Notes under the pieces: model-generated
Seen by the model: the letters and a program-made list of their open reading frames with translations, nothing else
Databases searched by the model: none
What the model was told of the DNA's origin: nothing
Part shown: piece after piece, positions 49,781 through 60,454 of the stretch
How positions within the stretch are numbered: position 1 is the stretch's first letter
Layout: each line of letters begins with the position of its first letter
Program-made: the position numbers and the translations under genes
Assembly (NCBI GenBank): GCA_964399865.1
Contig: CAYNRJ010000001.1
Span: 394,050 to 458,049, forward strand
Length of the DNA stretch: 64,000 nucleotides
Origin: an uncultured Candidatus Saccharibacteria bacterium
GTDB taxonomy: Bacteria; Patescibacteriota; Minisyncoccia; Phycocordibacterales; UBA2100
Direction of reading: 5' to 3'

Positions 49781-52600
49781 CTATTGGTAAAGCGGTGGCG
49801 GTACGTCCGCTGGGAGCGGTTTTGCCCCATAACTTGCATCGAATTTCTTTCGCATCTCTGATTCCACCTCTTCGCGATCTCGGCCATACGTACGATATGA
49901 AAGTTCCTTCAAGCCTGGTGTTATTGAATGATCCATCGGAGGCAGGTCCACGGTCTGAATGGAGAACGGTCTCGCCGGAACGCCATTTACGAGTAGCGAG
50001 AGAACGGCATGACGATTTGGGAGGTTCTCGATGTCAGGAGCATTAAAGGTAGGCTCGAATTGTTTCGCAAGGAATTCCGCATCAGTCGTACCTACGCGGA
50101 ACGCTGCTTTAGTACCCACGTTACCAATCACAGCATCACGTATCTTTTCATCAAGCTGCGCGATAAATTGGTGCGCAATAACGAGAGAGAGTTTGTATTT
50201 TCGAGCCTCGGAGAGAATTGTTCCGATCGATGGAGTTGCGAAGTTCTGGAACTCATCGATGTAGAGATAAAACGTCGGAAGATCACCTTTCGTATCTACA
50301 CGCGAGAACGCCGCTTGGAGGAATTTAGAAACGAGAATGAGGCCGAGGAGAGACGTGTTTCTATCTCCGAGCCGACCCTTTGAAAGATTGGCGAGGAATA
50401 TTTTCTTTCCATCCATGATCTCGCGGAAATCGAATGATGATTTTTCCTGCGAGACGATCGGTCGCATGATGTCATTCGTGAGGAATACGTCGAATTTACT
50501 GGTGATGTACGGCGCGACATTTTCAAGCGAAGGATCCCCTTGTGCTTGTTCCGCGATCTTTTTCCAAAATTGCACGATGATAGGATTCTTGCACTTTGAA
50601 AGTTTCAAGTTCCTAAATGCGGGATCTGCGAATACACGTGGTATCTCTACGAACGTGGAACCTGAATCTGGATCCTCAACCACAAGCTGCACGGCATTTC
50701 GGTAGTATTGCTCGAACATCGGACCGAATGCTTCCGGCACATCGGCATAGAGCTTACGGAAGATACCGTACACCTCATCAACCACGAATGTCTTCATCTC
50801 TGGTTTATTCCTGTCGTACTCGAGCATGTTGAGTCCCATCGGACGATCCGTGTAGGCAGGATCGAAGTAAATGACATCTTTCATGCGCTCCTGAGGAATA
50901 GAAGCAAGAATATCCTCGATATCGTTGCCGTGCGGATCGATAAAGGCAACACCTTCACCATTTTTTATGTCCTGAATGATCATGTTCTTGAGGAGACCCG
51001 TTTTACCTGTACCGGTTTGTCCTATGACATAGCAATGACGGAGTCGGTCCGGCGCAGCAAACTGGACTGGCCTCTCTTCTGCACCATATCGATTTACTCC
51101 TATGGTGATACCCTCCCCCGACATTTCCACCGGCGCAGGAGTTTGCTTTGCAAAACTTCTCTTCAATTCACGAGAGGTCGTTACGCGCTCTGCAGTGAAG
51201 TGGAAGATCGAGGTTATTTCTGCAAGCGAGAGCGGCATCGTGTACGAGTGATCAAAAATACGGTATGCAAAATCTCGCAAGAATTGCTGTTTGTGCCAAT
51301 TTGATACCTCTCGGAAAACGAGATGATTCCCCTTTGAGTCATCGTACTGACTGAACGGTGATATGAGATTCTGAAGAAGCGCGTCGGCTCTCTCCTTAGT
51401 CGGCGCAGAGGTGACAAGACGAATGGAGGTCGGTACTATACGGCTTTTAATTTTGCGTCCGATCTCTTCCGTCGCGACTTGGTCAGGTTGACGGCGGTAC
51501 GTGCGATCTTTATCTTCCTGTATCTCCTTCTCAGACTTGAACATTGTCTCCGTAAGATCATAGAACATCTCCCCAATAACACTTTCAGGTACTTTTAGCG
51601 CCCGATATAATCTTTTACCTCCCTCAAGACGTCGAAGGATCTTTTTATAATGCTTGTTATAGCGATCCCCTTCTGTCGACACCGTTATCTGGAGTGCTGC
51701 ACCTTCTCCGTGCTTCGCGATCTTAGCGAATGCAGCAAGGAGAATGTTCATCGGATCATGCTCGAACATTTCCGGCGTCTTCAAAGGATATGCCGGATTT
51801 TCATACAAAGTCGCATACGCAGCAGCGTGCACGCCCTCGTAATTAAAGATGTTGTAATCCTCTCTCTCCTCTGAAATACGGGCGTTCGGGAAGACTGAGG
51901 AAATGAGACGCTCCGCCAGATCTTTCTTTTTTCGCGGCACTGCAAGATATAAAATGGCTGACTCAGTCCCATCGGGAACTGCGATTTCTAGAGAAAATCC
52001 TTCGCGCTTAGTGATAAGGGAGACCAGTCCTGCATATAATTGCTCCGAGGAAGCAAGGATCTCCTGTAATTTCATCTGGCGAGACTCCTCTTTCCCGCGT
52101 TCACTGTGTGCCTGCGGATCTATTGTGAAAAGCACCAACTCCAGCGCTCGGCGAATGCGTTCTGGCGCGTGTTTTCCGCCTTGTGGGAGACCTTCGGCAA
52201 TATAGCGCACCAGTACGCGGTGTAGATCGTCTTCGAGGTGAGGATTTTTCATGCGCGCAACGATTGAAAGAGCGTTCTTTATGCCATGCTGTGTGACAAT
52301 CTTAAGAAGTTCGTCCATCTGTACATCGTGCTCCTCTGGTTCGAGTTTCAAGACATTTCGAAGAATGTCATGCTCAGCCATAATGACCTCCTCATGGAGA
52401 ATGGTTGCGGGGTGTGCTTCAGCATAGGTGGCGACTTCTCTCTTTGCGATGCGATCACTCTCAAAACGACTGGGCGCTGTCTCAATCTCCTCTTCTTTTT
52501 CGCGAACGCGATCACGCAAATACGCGAGCTCCTCTTGAGGAGATTTGAATTTTTCTTGTGGACTCGTCGCACGAGTACGCTCGATGGACAGAGGAGGCAT
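49781..52600 (-). CDS. VirD4/TraG-HerA-like P-loop ATPase
   Basis: HCYVIGQTGTGKT, FIDPHG, YIDEFQNF, EARKY.L...HQ. Confidence 0.85.
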   Translation of the reverse strand: MPPLSIERTRATSPQEKFKSPQEELAYLRDRVREKEEEIETAPSRFESDRIAKREVATYAEAHPATILHEEVIMAEHDILRNVLKLEPEEHDVQMDELLKIVTQHGIKNALSIVARMKNPHLEDDLHRVLVRYIAEGLPQGGKHAPERIRRALELVLFTIDPQAHSERGKEESRQMKLQEILASSEQLYAGLVSLITKREGFSLEIAVPDGTESAILYLAVPRKKKDLAERLISSVFPNARISEEREDYNIFNYEGVHAAAYATLYENPAYPLKTPEMFEHDPMNILLAAFAKIAKHGEGAALQITVSTEGDRYNKHYKKILRRLEGGKRLYRALKVPESVIGEMFYDLTETMFKSEKEIQEDKDRTYRRQPDQVATEEIGRKIKSRIVPTSIRLVTSAPTKERADALLQNLISPFSQYDDSKGNHLVFREVSNWHKQQFLRDFAYRIFDHSYTMPLSLAEITSIFHFTAERVTTSRELKRSFAKQTPAPVEMSGEGITIGVNRYGAEERPVQFAAPDRLRHCYVIGQTGTGKTGLLKNMIIQDIKNGEGVAFIDPHGNDIEDILASIPQERMKDVIYFDPAYTDRPMGLNMLEYDRNKPEMKTFVVDEVYGIFRKLYADVPEAFGPMFEQYYRNAVQLVVEDPDSGSTFVEIPRVFADPAFRNLKLSKCKNPIIVQFWKKIAEQAQGDPSLENVAPYITSKFDVFLTNDIMRPIVSQEKSSFDFREIMDGKKIFLANLSKGRLGDRNTSLLGLILVSKFLQAAFSRVDTKGDLPTFYLYIDEFQNFATPSIGTILSEARKYKLSLVIAHQFIAQLDEKIRDAVIGNVGTKAAFRVGTTDAEFLAKQFEPTFNAPDIENLPNRHAVLSLLVNGVPARPFSIQTVDLPPMDHSITPGLKELSYRTYGRDREEVESEMRKKFDASYGAKPLPADVPPPLYQ

Positions 52601-52681
52601 GTTGAAAATTATACCGCATAAAAGAGAAGAGCCGCCCGAGTGGACGCGAACACATGTTCGGGCGTCTCCTCTCGTAGCGGC

Positions 52682-53071
52682 TCAGCGGCGGAAGCGGAAG
52701 CGGAACCAGAATCCAGGGGTCCGTAGCACGAACCTTACCATTGCGGTTGGGCTATCGCCGTTCGGCGTGCTCGGACACAAAATAGTTGTGGAAAAGGTAA
52801 TTAGTGCTCGCTCGGGGAAATCTGGGACATCCTCCACGACAACATCGTGCTCCGCCCACATGGCACAATGAAAGAGATCGTTCACGTCGACCGTTACGTA
52901 TCGCTGCTTGTTTCTCACTGCCTCCTTTATGTAGCGCCGGAACGACCGAGCAAGGGCAATTCTAGCCTGTTGGTTGTTTACCTTATCCGTCTCTCGAACA
53001 GTGGGGCCGGTAGGCATCGGTATTTCCCTTACCACCTCTGACACAAGCGGAGGCCCGCTCTCGTCCTTCAT
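52682..53071 (-). CDS. hypothetical protein
   Basis: 129-aa ORF with an AGAGGGA SD-like element upstream and a hairpin downstream. Confidence 0.5.
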   Translation of the reverse strand: MKDESGPPLVSEVVREIPMPTGPTVRETDKVNNQQARIALARSFRRYIKEAVRNKQRYVTVDVNDLFHCAMWAEHDVVVEDVPDFPERALITFSTTILCPSTPNGDSPTAMVRFVLRTPGFWFRFRFRR

Positions 53072-53133
53072 TTTGAGTCCCTCTTCTCATGCCACAACGT
53101 GCGTGTGACACCGCCGCAACTATACAATAAAGA

Positions 53134-54408
53134 TTACTTGAATGCTTTTGCGCCTATATCACGTCGGAAATACATACCCTCAAAATGAATCTTCCCTGTC
53201 GCTTCGTAGGCTCTACTGAGCGCTTCTTTGAGTGTGTCGCCGACAGCAGAGACACCCAAGACTCGCCCGCCTGAGGTTACAATCTTACCGTTCGTCAGAG
53301 TTACCCCCGCGTGGAACACCATCACTCCAGGAATTTTCTCTGCTTCTTCAATGCCCGTTATAGGAAATCCTTTTTCATAGGTATCAGGATAGCCACCAGA
53401 GCAAAGCACAATGTTTACAGCAAATCCTGGATTCCACTCCACTTTCACCGTGTCGAGTTTTCCGTCGGTTGATGCCTCCAGAAGTTCAAGGAGATCACTT
53501 TTCATAAGACGCATGTATGTCTGACACTCGGGATCTCCGAAACGTGCATTGAATTCCAATACCTTTGGTCCTTTTGAAGACATTTTGAGTCCCGGATATA
53601 AAAGCCCGACGAACGGATTTCCTTTCTGCGCGAGCGCAGCGAGGGTCGGCGTAACAACATTCTTTTCAATATCTCCGAGCGCTTCCGTAGAGACCCATGG
53701 CACTGGAAGGATTACTCCCATTCCCCCAGTGTTCTTCCCGGTATCACTTTCACCGACTGGCTTATGATCCTGCGATGGCGGGAACATGATATGCGTCTTT
53801 CCATCCGAAAGTGCGTGGATCGATACTTCTTGGCCGTCGAGATATTCTTCTATAACGACTTCGTTCCCTGCATCACTAAACGCACGATCAAGCATTATTT
53901 CCTTGAGGGCAGTCTCTGCCTCTTCTACGGACTGACACACGTACACCCCTTTCCCAAGAGCGAGCCCGCTCGCTTTTACTACTATTGGCGCACCTTTTTC
54001 TCTGACATAGGAGAGCGCTTTTTCATGATCAGTAAATACTCCAAATTCGGCGGTGGGAATTCCCGCCTCACGCATTAGCTCTTTTGAAAAGGCTTTTGAT
54101 CCTTCGATTTGAGCGGCGGCTTTACTTGGTCCCCACACACGTAAACCTCGTGCTTTAAATACATCTACTATTCCGCCGGCGAGAGGATCGTCGGGCCCGA
54201 TAACAGTAAGACCAATCTTTTTTTCTGCTGCAAAGTCCGCTAATTTTTCAAACTCTTTTACAGATATCGATACGTTCTCTCCGAGGAGTGCTGTACCACT
54301 GTTTCCTGGAGCAATGTAGAGTTTCCCCAATTTTGGCGATTGTTTTAATTTCCACGCGAGCGAGTGCTCTCGTCCACCACTCCCTACGATGAGTACGTCC
54401 ACTGACAT
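53134..54408 (-). CDS. purD: phosphoribosylamine-glycine ligase
   Basis: GSGGREH, GLALGKGV, NTGGMG, EFNARFGDPE. Confidence 0.96.
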   Translation of the reverse strand: MSVDVLIVGSGGREHSLAWKLKQSPKLGKLYIAPGNSGTALLGENVSISVKEFEKLADFAAEKKIGLTVIGPDDPLAGGIVDVFKARGLRVWGPSKAAAQIEGSKAFSKELMREAGIPTAEFGVFTDHEKALSYVREKGAPIVVKASGLALGKGVYVCQSVEEAETALKEIMLDRAFSDAGNEVVIEEYLDGQEVSIHALSDGKTHIMFPPSQDHKPVGESDTGKNTGGMGVILPVPWVSTEALGDIEKNVVTPTLAALAQKGNPFVGLLYPGLKMSSKGPKVLEFNARFGDPECQTYMRLMKSDLLELLEASTDGKLDTVKVEWNPGFAVNIVLCSGGYPDTYEKGFPITGIEEAEKIPGVMVFHAGVTLTNGKIVTSGGRVLGVSAVGDTLKEALSRAYEATGKIHFEGMYFRRDIGAKAFK

Positions 54409-54422
54409 GGGCGCATTCTACT

Positions 54423-55190
54423 CTATTCTCTAGTCAAAATCTCTGGGCCGTCTTTGGTTATAAGAACTGTATCTTCCGAGTGCGCGGTACGAGAACCGTC
54501 CTTTGTGCGATAGGAGTGACCGTCTTTGTCAATATACAGATCACCACTTCCAAGTGTCATCATTGGTTCAATCGCTATAACTAGACCCTCTTCAAGCTCT
54601 GTGCCGCTTTTTGGTGCCCCGTAATTCGGGACATACGGCTCCTCATGAACTGCCTTGCCAACGCCATGACCGGAAAGATTCTTCGGGAATCCGAATTTAT
54701 ATTTCGCTGCGACCCGCTCGACAGCGTGTCCTATATCCCCCGTGGTATTCCCTACCTTCGCTTCTTTTATCCCGGCATCAAGTGCTTCCTGTGTACCTTT
54801 CACTAAACGAATATCTTCTGGTGAACCTTTCCCGACGATTACCGTACGTGCGTGATCAGTGAAGAGTCCTTTGTGTTTGATACCGAAATCGATACACACA
54901 ACATCTCCTTCTTGGAACACCGCACCGTTCTCACTCGCTGGCGAGTGGACTATGACATCGTTCACTGAGACGCAAAGACCTGACGGATATCCTTCCCTAT
55001 CTTTCCTCCCCTTGTATCCGAAAAATGCCATGGTGTCGCCATCCTTTGCAACCATTTCGCGGGCTTTTTCTTCAAGTTCGAATGCCGTCACACCGACTTT
55101 CGCCATTTCACAGAGCGTGCGGACGTGTCGCGCCAAACGCTTTCCCCCTTCGCGTAGTATCGCTATTTCTTCCTTTGTTCGCGCGATCAT
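54423..55190 (-). CDS. map: methionine aminopeptidase type I
   Basis: CVSVND..VH, GHGVG..VHEEP, AIEPM. Confidence 0.95.
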   Translation of the reverse strand: MIARTKEEIAILREGGKRLARHVRTLCEMAKVGVTAFELEEKAREMVAKDGDTMAFFGYKGRKDREGYPSGLCVSVNDVIVHSPASENGAVFQEGDVVCIDFGIKHKGLFTDHARTVIVGKGSPEDIRLVKGTQEALDAGIKEAKVGNTTGDIGHAVERVAAKYKFGFPKNLSGHGVGKAVHEEPYVPNYGAPKSGTELEEGLVIAIEPMMTLGSGDLYIDKDGHSYRTKDGSRTAHSEDTVLITKDGPEILTRE

Positions 55191-55783
55191 TTTGAGAGAT
55201 TCAAAGCTCCTAGAATATTCTTGTGGATCTCCTCTACCGTTGGTTCGCCATCTATCTCGTGTACATTCCATCCGAGCTTGCGCAGTTCGTTTATCGAGGG
55301 GACAACATGCTCTTCGTACCATGCGAAACGACTAGCCAAGACCTCCTCTTTTGCGTCATCATAGCGGCCACGTGCGATGAGACGCTTCTTAGCTGATTCA
55401 GGGGTGAGCGTGAGCACGATCGCGTGTAGATCAGTTCTCTCCCAGAGACGCATCATCTCATCGACTGCTCGTGATTGGTCCGGTCTTCGGCAGGTGCCAT
55501 CGAGAATTGCGTGTTCTGAGCCAGTAAACGATGTATTGAGAATACCGGTAAGAAGATATATCGGAATAAACGAAGGTACGAGTTTCCCCGCTGCGAGAAT
55601 ATCGTTCACATGGGAGCCGAGCGATGTCCCATTTTTCATAAACTCGCGAAGAAGACTGCCCATCTCTGGTCGCACGACAGGACGTGAAGGATCATTCTCC
55701 TTGAGGAACTTTTCAAGAAGATCGCACTGCGTCCCTTTACCGGAACCGGAAATACCAAAAAAAGCTACGGTGACTGGTGACAT
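55187..55783 (-). CDS. adk: adenylate kinase (short type)
   Basis: GISGSGKGTQC, G.LVP, RGRYDD; upstream of map. Confidence 0.85.
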   Translation of the reverse strand: MSPVTVAFFGISGSGKGTQCDLLEKFLKENDPSRPVVRPEMGSLLREFMKNGTSLGSHVNDILAAGKLVPSFIPIYLLTGILNTSFTGSEHAILDGTCRRPDQSRAVDEMMRLWERTDLHAIVLTLTPESAKKRLIARGRYDDAKEEVLASRFAWYEEHVVPSINELRKLGWNVHEIDGEPTVEEIHKNILGALNLSK

Positions 55784-55785
55784 AA

Positions 55786-56382
55786 TTATTGGAGATTGTA
55801 TCCTTCTTTTTTCAGTATTGCTACGATACGCTCGGCTGTTTCAGTGAGCATTCCGTCGGCATTCACAACTCGGTAGTCGTACTGAGGAGCATGTACACGT
55901 AACTCCTCCTCGGTGATTTGCATGCGCTCTTCGAATTCTTTATGAGACCACTCCGGCGAACGAGATCGGAGGCGCATTTTAAACTGCCCGATAGATTCAG
56001 GCATGATGAATATCGTCACTGCGTTGTATTTCTTCTTTAAATACTTAGCTCCTTCGATATCTACCTGTGCAAAAACCAACTTTCCCTCTGCTACCTGCTT
56101 CTCGAGATCCGGTATATAGGTACCGTAATAGGTACCAAGCCCGGGGACAAAACGGTGCTCTGGAATATTCCCTGCGGAGAGCTCTTGATCAAATTTCTCT
56201 TGAGAAAGGAAATGGTAATCAACGCCATCCACTTCATTTGGTCTCTTTGCACGAGTCGTTGCGGTGACAAGTCGTGAGATCTTAGGATACTTTTTCTGTA
56301 TCTCGCTGATGATCGCGTTCTTTCCGCTCCCGGAAGGCCCTGCGATAACTACCACTCGTCGTCCGCCGGCCGTCACAGTCAT
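55786..56382 (-). CDS. gmk: guanylate kinase
   Basis: GPSGSGK, TTRAKRPNEVDGVDYHF, YYGT. Confidence 0.93.
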   Translation of the reverse strand: MTVTAGGRRVVVIAGPSGSGKNAIISEIQKKYPKISRLVTATTRAKRPNEVDGVDYHFLSQEKFDQELSAGNIPEHRFVPGLGTYYGTYIPDLEKQVAEGKLVFAQVDIEGAKYLKKKYNAVTIFIMPESIGQFKMRLRSRSPEWSHKEFEERMQITEEELRVHAPQYDYRVVNADGMLTETAERIVAILKKEGYNLQ

Positions 56383-56386
56383 GCGT

Positions 56387-57661
56387 TTAATATTCTCTTA
56401 TAGAGGTTTGTGCGTCAATTTTCTTGACCACATCGAGAACGACAGATACTGCGATGAGAAGCGCGGTGCCACCGATTGTGAGTGTGGTGATACCTGTGAC
56501 GCCCTGCAGAATGATAGGAAGGACAGCAAGGGTGCCAAGGAAGAGTGCGCCCACGAGCGTGATGCGCGTGATGATGTTACCGAGGTATTCAGAGGTGGTA
56601 TCTCCCGGACGTACCCCTGGAACGAATGCTCCATTCTTCTGAAGATTCTTCGCGATCTGATTCGGCTCGAACGTAATGGCTGTGTAGAAGTACGTAAAGA
56701 TAAAGACGAGCGCGAAATAGAGTGCGCCGTAAATCCAGTTGTTTGCGAGACCATTTACAACAGATTGCGCAGGACCTGCGATCCAACTTGCAGAGCTCTG
56801 CGCTAGAAACGTGGCGAGCATCTGTGGGAAAAGAAGGAACGACAACGCGAAGATAATTGGCATGACGCCTGACTGATTTACACGGATAGGAAGGTACGTT
56901 GATACGCCGCCGAGCACCTTCATGCCGCGCACTCTCTTAGCGTAGGTAACGGGAATTGGACGTTCAGCTTCTGTAATAAAGACAACACCAGCCGTAATAA
57001 CGAGAGCTGCAACACCAAAGGCGATGTATACAGGGAGTTGAGACACATCGAATGAGAAGAAGAATTGTGCAGCTGCAGAAGGAAGGGACGCCACGATACC
57101 GGCAAAGATGAGAAGAGAGATGCCGTTACCAATACCAAATTCCGTAATAAGTTCACCGATCCACATAAGGAGAAGTGCGCCCGCGGCGACCATTACTACG
57201 TTTGCTGCGAAGTGCAACATATCGAGATCTGGAAGAATGCCGTTCTGACGCAAGAGAATGAGGAAACCGAACGCTTGGATGAATGCGAGTGGAACTGTTA
57301 GGTAGCGAGAATATTGTGTGAAGCGCGCACGACCCGCATCCCCTTCTTCTTGGTACATAGTCTTGAGTTTAGGAAAGAGGACCGTTGAGAGCTGCATAAC
57401 GATCGAGGCAGTAATATACGGCGTAACACCGATCATCATGATCGAGAGATTTGAAAAGCCTCCTCCGGAGAAGATGTTGAGGAGCCCAAGGAATTGGTTG
57501 TTGCCAAGATAGTTCTGGAGCTCAGCGACGTTAATACCTGGTACTGGAATAGCCGCGAGAAGTCGGAAAACGATGAGAGCAGCAAGAACGAAGAGGACGC
57601 GATTACGGAGAGTCTCGTCTTCAATGATGAGTCTTATTTTTCGTACGAATTTTTCCCACAT
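56387..57661 (-). CDS. secY: preprotein translocase SecY
   Basis: GVTPYITASIVMQL, GIGNGISL, PGVRPG, GGTALLI. Confidence 0.97.
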   Translation of the reverse strand: MWEKFVRKIRLIIEDETLRNRVLFVLAALIVFRLLAAIPVPGINVAELQNYLGNNQFLGLLNIFSGGGFSNLSIMMIGVTPYITASIVMQLSTVLFPKLKTMYQEEGDAGRARFTQYSRYLTVPLAFIQAFGFLILLRQNGILPDLDMLHFAANVVMVAAGALLLMWIGELITEFGIGNGISLLIFAGIVASLPSAAAQFFFSFDVSQLPVYIAFGVAALVITAGVVFITEAERPIPVTYAKRVRGMKVLGGVSTYLPIRVNQSGVMPIIFALSFLLFPQMLATFLAQSSASWIAGPAQSVVNGLANNWIYGALYFALVFIFTYFYTAITFEPNQIAKNLQKNGAFVPGVRPGDTTSEYLGNIITRITLVGALFLGTLAVLPIILQGVTGITTLTIGGTALLIAVSVVLDVVKKIDAQTSIREY

Positions 57662-57662
57662 G

Positions 57663-58139
57663 TTAGTTCTTCTTGGCCGACTCTACAGGAGCTAGGTCAA
57701 TCGTACCACCCGCTTTCTCGATAGCAGCGCGGGCTCCTGCAGAAACCTGGACGCCCTTCAGGGTGTACTTCTTCTCTGCAGTGCCACCGCCCACTATCTT
57801 GAAGATAGGCATTTTTCTGCGAGTGTGGATCGCAAGCTCTTTTGCAAGAGTCGCTGGAGTTATATCCGACTTTCCATCCGCTAGTTTTGCAAGTCTCTCG
57901 AGCGCTATAGGAATTGCGCGAGCACGATCGCCGATAACGGTGCGTCCACGGTTCTTACCGTATCCACGACGCTTTGGAAGTTTCTTGATGATGTCACGAA
58001 GCTCTGGGCGCTTCTTGTTACCAGCACGCGCGGTCTGTCCTTTTCCACCACGGCCAGATGTCTTACCGCGCTTTCCGCCTCGTCCCACTCGCCTACTTGC
58101 GCGAGCACCTGTTCTCTTCAATTGATTGAGTGTTGCCAT
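57663..58139 (-). CDS. rplO: 50S ribosomal protein L15
   Basis: RVGRG..GKTSGRGGKGQTAR. Confidence 0.95.
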   Translation of the reverse strand: MATLNQLKRTGARASRRVGRGGKRGKTSGRGGKGQTARAGNKKRPELRDIIKKLPKRRGYGKNRGRTVIGDRARAIPIALERLAKLADGKSDITPATLAKELAIHTRRKMPIFKIVGGGTAEKKYTLKGVQVSAGARAAIEKAGGTIDLAPVESAKKN

Positions 58140-58144
58140 AAATA

Positions 58145-58774
58145 TTATTTCTTTGAAACCTGACGAAGTGCTTCGATGGCTGCACGAGCGTTGTTGATAG
58201 GGTTTTTGCTTCGTGAGAGAAGTTTTGCAGTCACGTCGGAAACACCGCCGAGCTCGAGGACAGCACGCACTGAGGAACCTGCGACGAGTCCGCGTCCAAG
58301 AGATGGGCGGATCTCTATAACAGATGCGCAGTACTTCGCTTCAATGTTGTGTTTGATGCTTCGATTCTTTGTGAGGTCGATAGTGACCATGTTGCGCTTC
58401 GCATCGCGTGTTGCTTTTTCAATTGCGAGCGCGGTATCCATAGCCTTTCCAAGACCTACTCCTACGCGACCCTTCTTGTCACCGATGACGATAGCTGCAC
58501 TGAAGTTGAATCGGCGACCTCCCGCCATAACACGGGCAACACGGCGGATACCTATCATCTTTTGAGCAAACTCGCTGCGACGCTCATCACGTCCACCACG
58601 AGGTCCTCCGCGACGATCCCCTCCTCCACGGCGGTTTCCCCCTGCACCACGACGATCGCGAGGAGATTTCGCATCCTCTTTAACAGGAAGTGCAGTAGCC
58701 TCTTCGGCAACCTCAACCGTAGCTTCCTCTCCCGGAATTACTACCTCTTCTTCTGTTTTGATTGGATCAGTCAT
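58145..58774 (-). CDS. rpsE: 30S ribosomal protein S5
   Basis: RVARVMAGGRRFNFSA..VIGD. Confidence 0.96.
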   Translation of the reverse strand: MTDPIKTEEEVVIPGEEATVEVAEEATALPVKEDAKSPRDRRGAGGNRRGGGDRRGGPRGGRDERRSEFAQKMIGIRRVARVMAGGRRFNFSAAIVIGDKKGRVGVGLGKAMDTALAIEKATRDAKRNMVTIDLTKNRSIKHNIEAKYCASVIEIRPSLGRGLVAGSSVRAVLELGGVSDVTAKLLSRSKNPINNARAAIEALRQVSKK

Positions 58775-58783
58775 ATATGTAAA

Positions 58784-59131
58784 TTAAAATTGCAGACCCG
58801 CGGCACGTGCTGAATCCGCAAAAGCCTTAATGGTTCCGACATATTGGAATCCGCCACGGTCGAAGACAACGGCCTTCACACCTTTTGCCCCTGCGAGTTT
58901 CGCAAGAGTTGCTGCCGCCTTTTCTGCGCGCTCACGCGGAGTGCCGGCCTTCTCATCTTTTGAAGAAACGTATGCCACAACTACTCCCTTAGTGTCATCG
59001 ATAACCTGCGCGATTATGCGTGTGTTTGATTTGTATACCGAAAGACGTGGACGCTCCGCAGTCCCCACCACTTTCGCACGCACTCTTCGATGGCGGCGCT
59101 CTCGTTTATCTACTTTGTTTAGTGTTTTCAT
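58784..59131 (-). CDS. rplR: 50S ribosomal protein L18
   Basis: RPRLSVYKSN, VVFDRGG. Confidence 0.96.
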   Translation of the reverse strand: MKTLNKVDKRERRHRRVRAKVVGTAERPRLSVYKSNTRIIAQVIDDTKGVVVAYVSSKDEKAGTPRERAEKAAATLAKLAGAKGVKAVVFDRGGFQYVGTIKAFADSARAAGLQF

Positions 59132-59136
59132 ATATG

Positions 59137-59685
59137 TTATGCGGCTGAAGCAGCTGCGGCTTTCTTACCTTCCTTCTCACGGACTACCTCACCCTCGTAG
59201 CGAATACCCTTTCCTTTGTATGGCTCTGGCTTCTTGAGTGCGCGGACGGATGCTGCGAATTCTCCTACCATTTCTTTGTCAGCACCGGAGATCCCGATGA
59301 TGTTTTTCTCTACTTTGACCGTAAGACCTTCAGGGATCGCAACAAGCACTGGATGTGAGAATCCTATAGCGAGCTTCAACTGCTTTCCTGCAAGCTCTGC
59401 TTTGTATCCGATACCTTCGAGTTGAAGATTCTTATTGAATGGAGTGTTTACTCCGTTTACCATATTGCGAACATGAGCTGCGTAAGTTCCCCAGAGAGCG
59501 CGAGAAAGACGATTCTGTTTTGCTGGAGTAACGAGAATAGTATCGCCTTCAATCTTCACCGTAACTGCTGGATGAAGTGGGCGCTTAAGCGTGCCGCCCT
59601 TTCCCTTTACGATCATTTCATTAGAAACGATTGACACGTCAGTGCCAGCGGGAATTTTTATCGGAAGTTTGCCTGTTCTACTCAT
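59137..59685 (-). CDS. rplF: 50S ribosomal protein L6
   Basis: MSRTGKLPI, PEPYKGKGIRY. Confidence 0.96.
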   Translation of the reverse strand: MSRTGKLPIKIPAGTDVSIVSNEMIVKGKGGTLKRPLHPAVTVKIEGDTILVTPAKQNRLSRALWGTYAAHVRNMVNGVNTPFNKNLQLEGIGYKAELAGKQLKLAIGFSHPVLVAIPEGLTVKVEKNIIGISGADKEMVGEFAASVRALKKPEPYKGKGIRYEGEVVREKEGKKAAAASAA

Positions 59686-59692
59686 ATTTGTA

Positions 59693-60088
59693 TTACCACA
59701 TCTCAAAGAGAGCCTCACCTCCGACATGAGCCTTTCGAGCTTCCTTGTCAGTGATGACACCTTTAGGGGTTGAGAGCATCAAAATACCTTGTCCGTAGCG
59801 AACAGGCATAACCTCACGAGAATTTCGGTACATACGGCGGCCTGGCTTTGAAACGCGCTTTACGCCGTTGATGACGGACTTCCCTGCCTCGTCGTATTTG
59901 AGGGTAATGTCGAGAGTCTTTCGGACCTTCTTTCCTTTCTTCTCAACAGCTTTCACAAAGCCTGCCTCCTTCAATTTTTCTGCGATAGCAAACTTGAGAG
60001 CTGAGTGTGGAACGGAGACATTCGCTGCCTTAATAGCGCCAGCGTTTTTCAAACGGTTTATGAAATCTCCTACAGGATCGTTTACCAT
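59693..60088 (-). CDS. rpsH: 30S ribosomal protein S8
   Basis: DPVGDFINRLKNA, RVSKPGRR.Y, STPKGV. Confidence 0.96.
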   Translation of the reverse strand: MVNDPVGDFINRLKNAGAIKAANVSVPHSALKFAIAEKLKEAGFVKAVEKKGKKVRKTLDITLKYDEAGKSVINGVKRVSKPGRRMYRNSREVMPVRYGQGILMLSTPKGVITDKEARKAHVGGEALFEMW

Positions 60089-60094
60089 ACAAAT

Positions 60095-60280
60095 TTACCA
60101 AGAGGATTTCTTTACGCCTGGAATATTGCCTTCAAGCGCTTCTTCGCGGAAGCAGATACGGCAAAGGTTAAAATCACGCATAAAACCACGTGGACGGCCA
60201 CATTTGAAGCAGCGTCGCACAGTACGACTTGAGAACTTCGGTGTGCGCTTCGCTTTCGCGATCATTGATTTCTTAGCCAT
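60095..60280 (-). CDS. rpsN: 30S ribosomal protein S14 (Zn-binding type Z)
   Basis: 61 aa, RCFKCGR...[12 protein letters not shown]. Confidence 0.96.
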   Translation of the reverse strand: MAKKSMIAKAKRTPKFSSRTVRRCFKCGRPRGFMRDFNLCRICFREEALEGNIPGVKKSSW

Positions 60281-60454
60281 TGTGGTGTGCGCCCGACAGG
60301 AGTCTAGGAAGCCCTTGCATCCTGCGCTTGCGCGACAGGGTTACAGAAGCTTCTTCGCGTGGCCATGTTCTTCTTCCAACTTGTGGTTAAAAAACAAAGC
60401 CCCCTACGAGGCTCGGAAAATATACGCGATATGGGGAAGGAAGTCAAACTCTTC

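Noticed and set aside
49781-52600. Conjugative element suggested by the VirD4-like ATPase
   Set aside because: No relaxase or VirB genes adjacent; such ATPases are common chromosomal genes in CPR.
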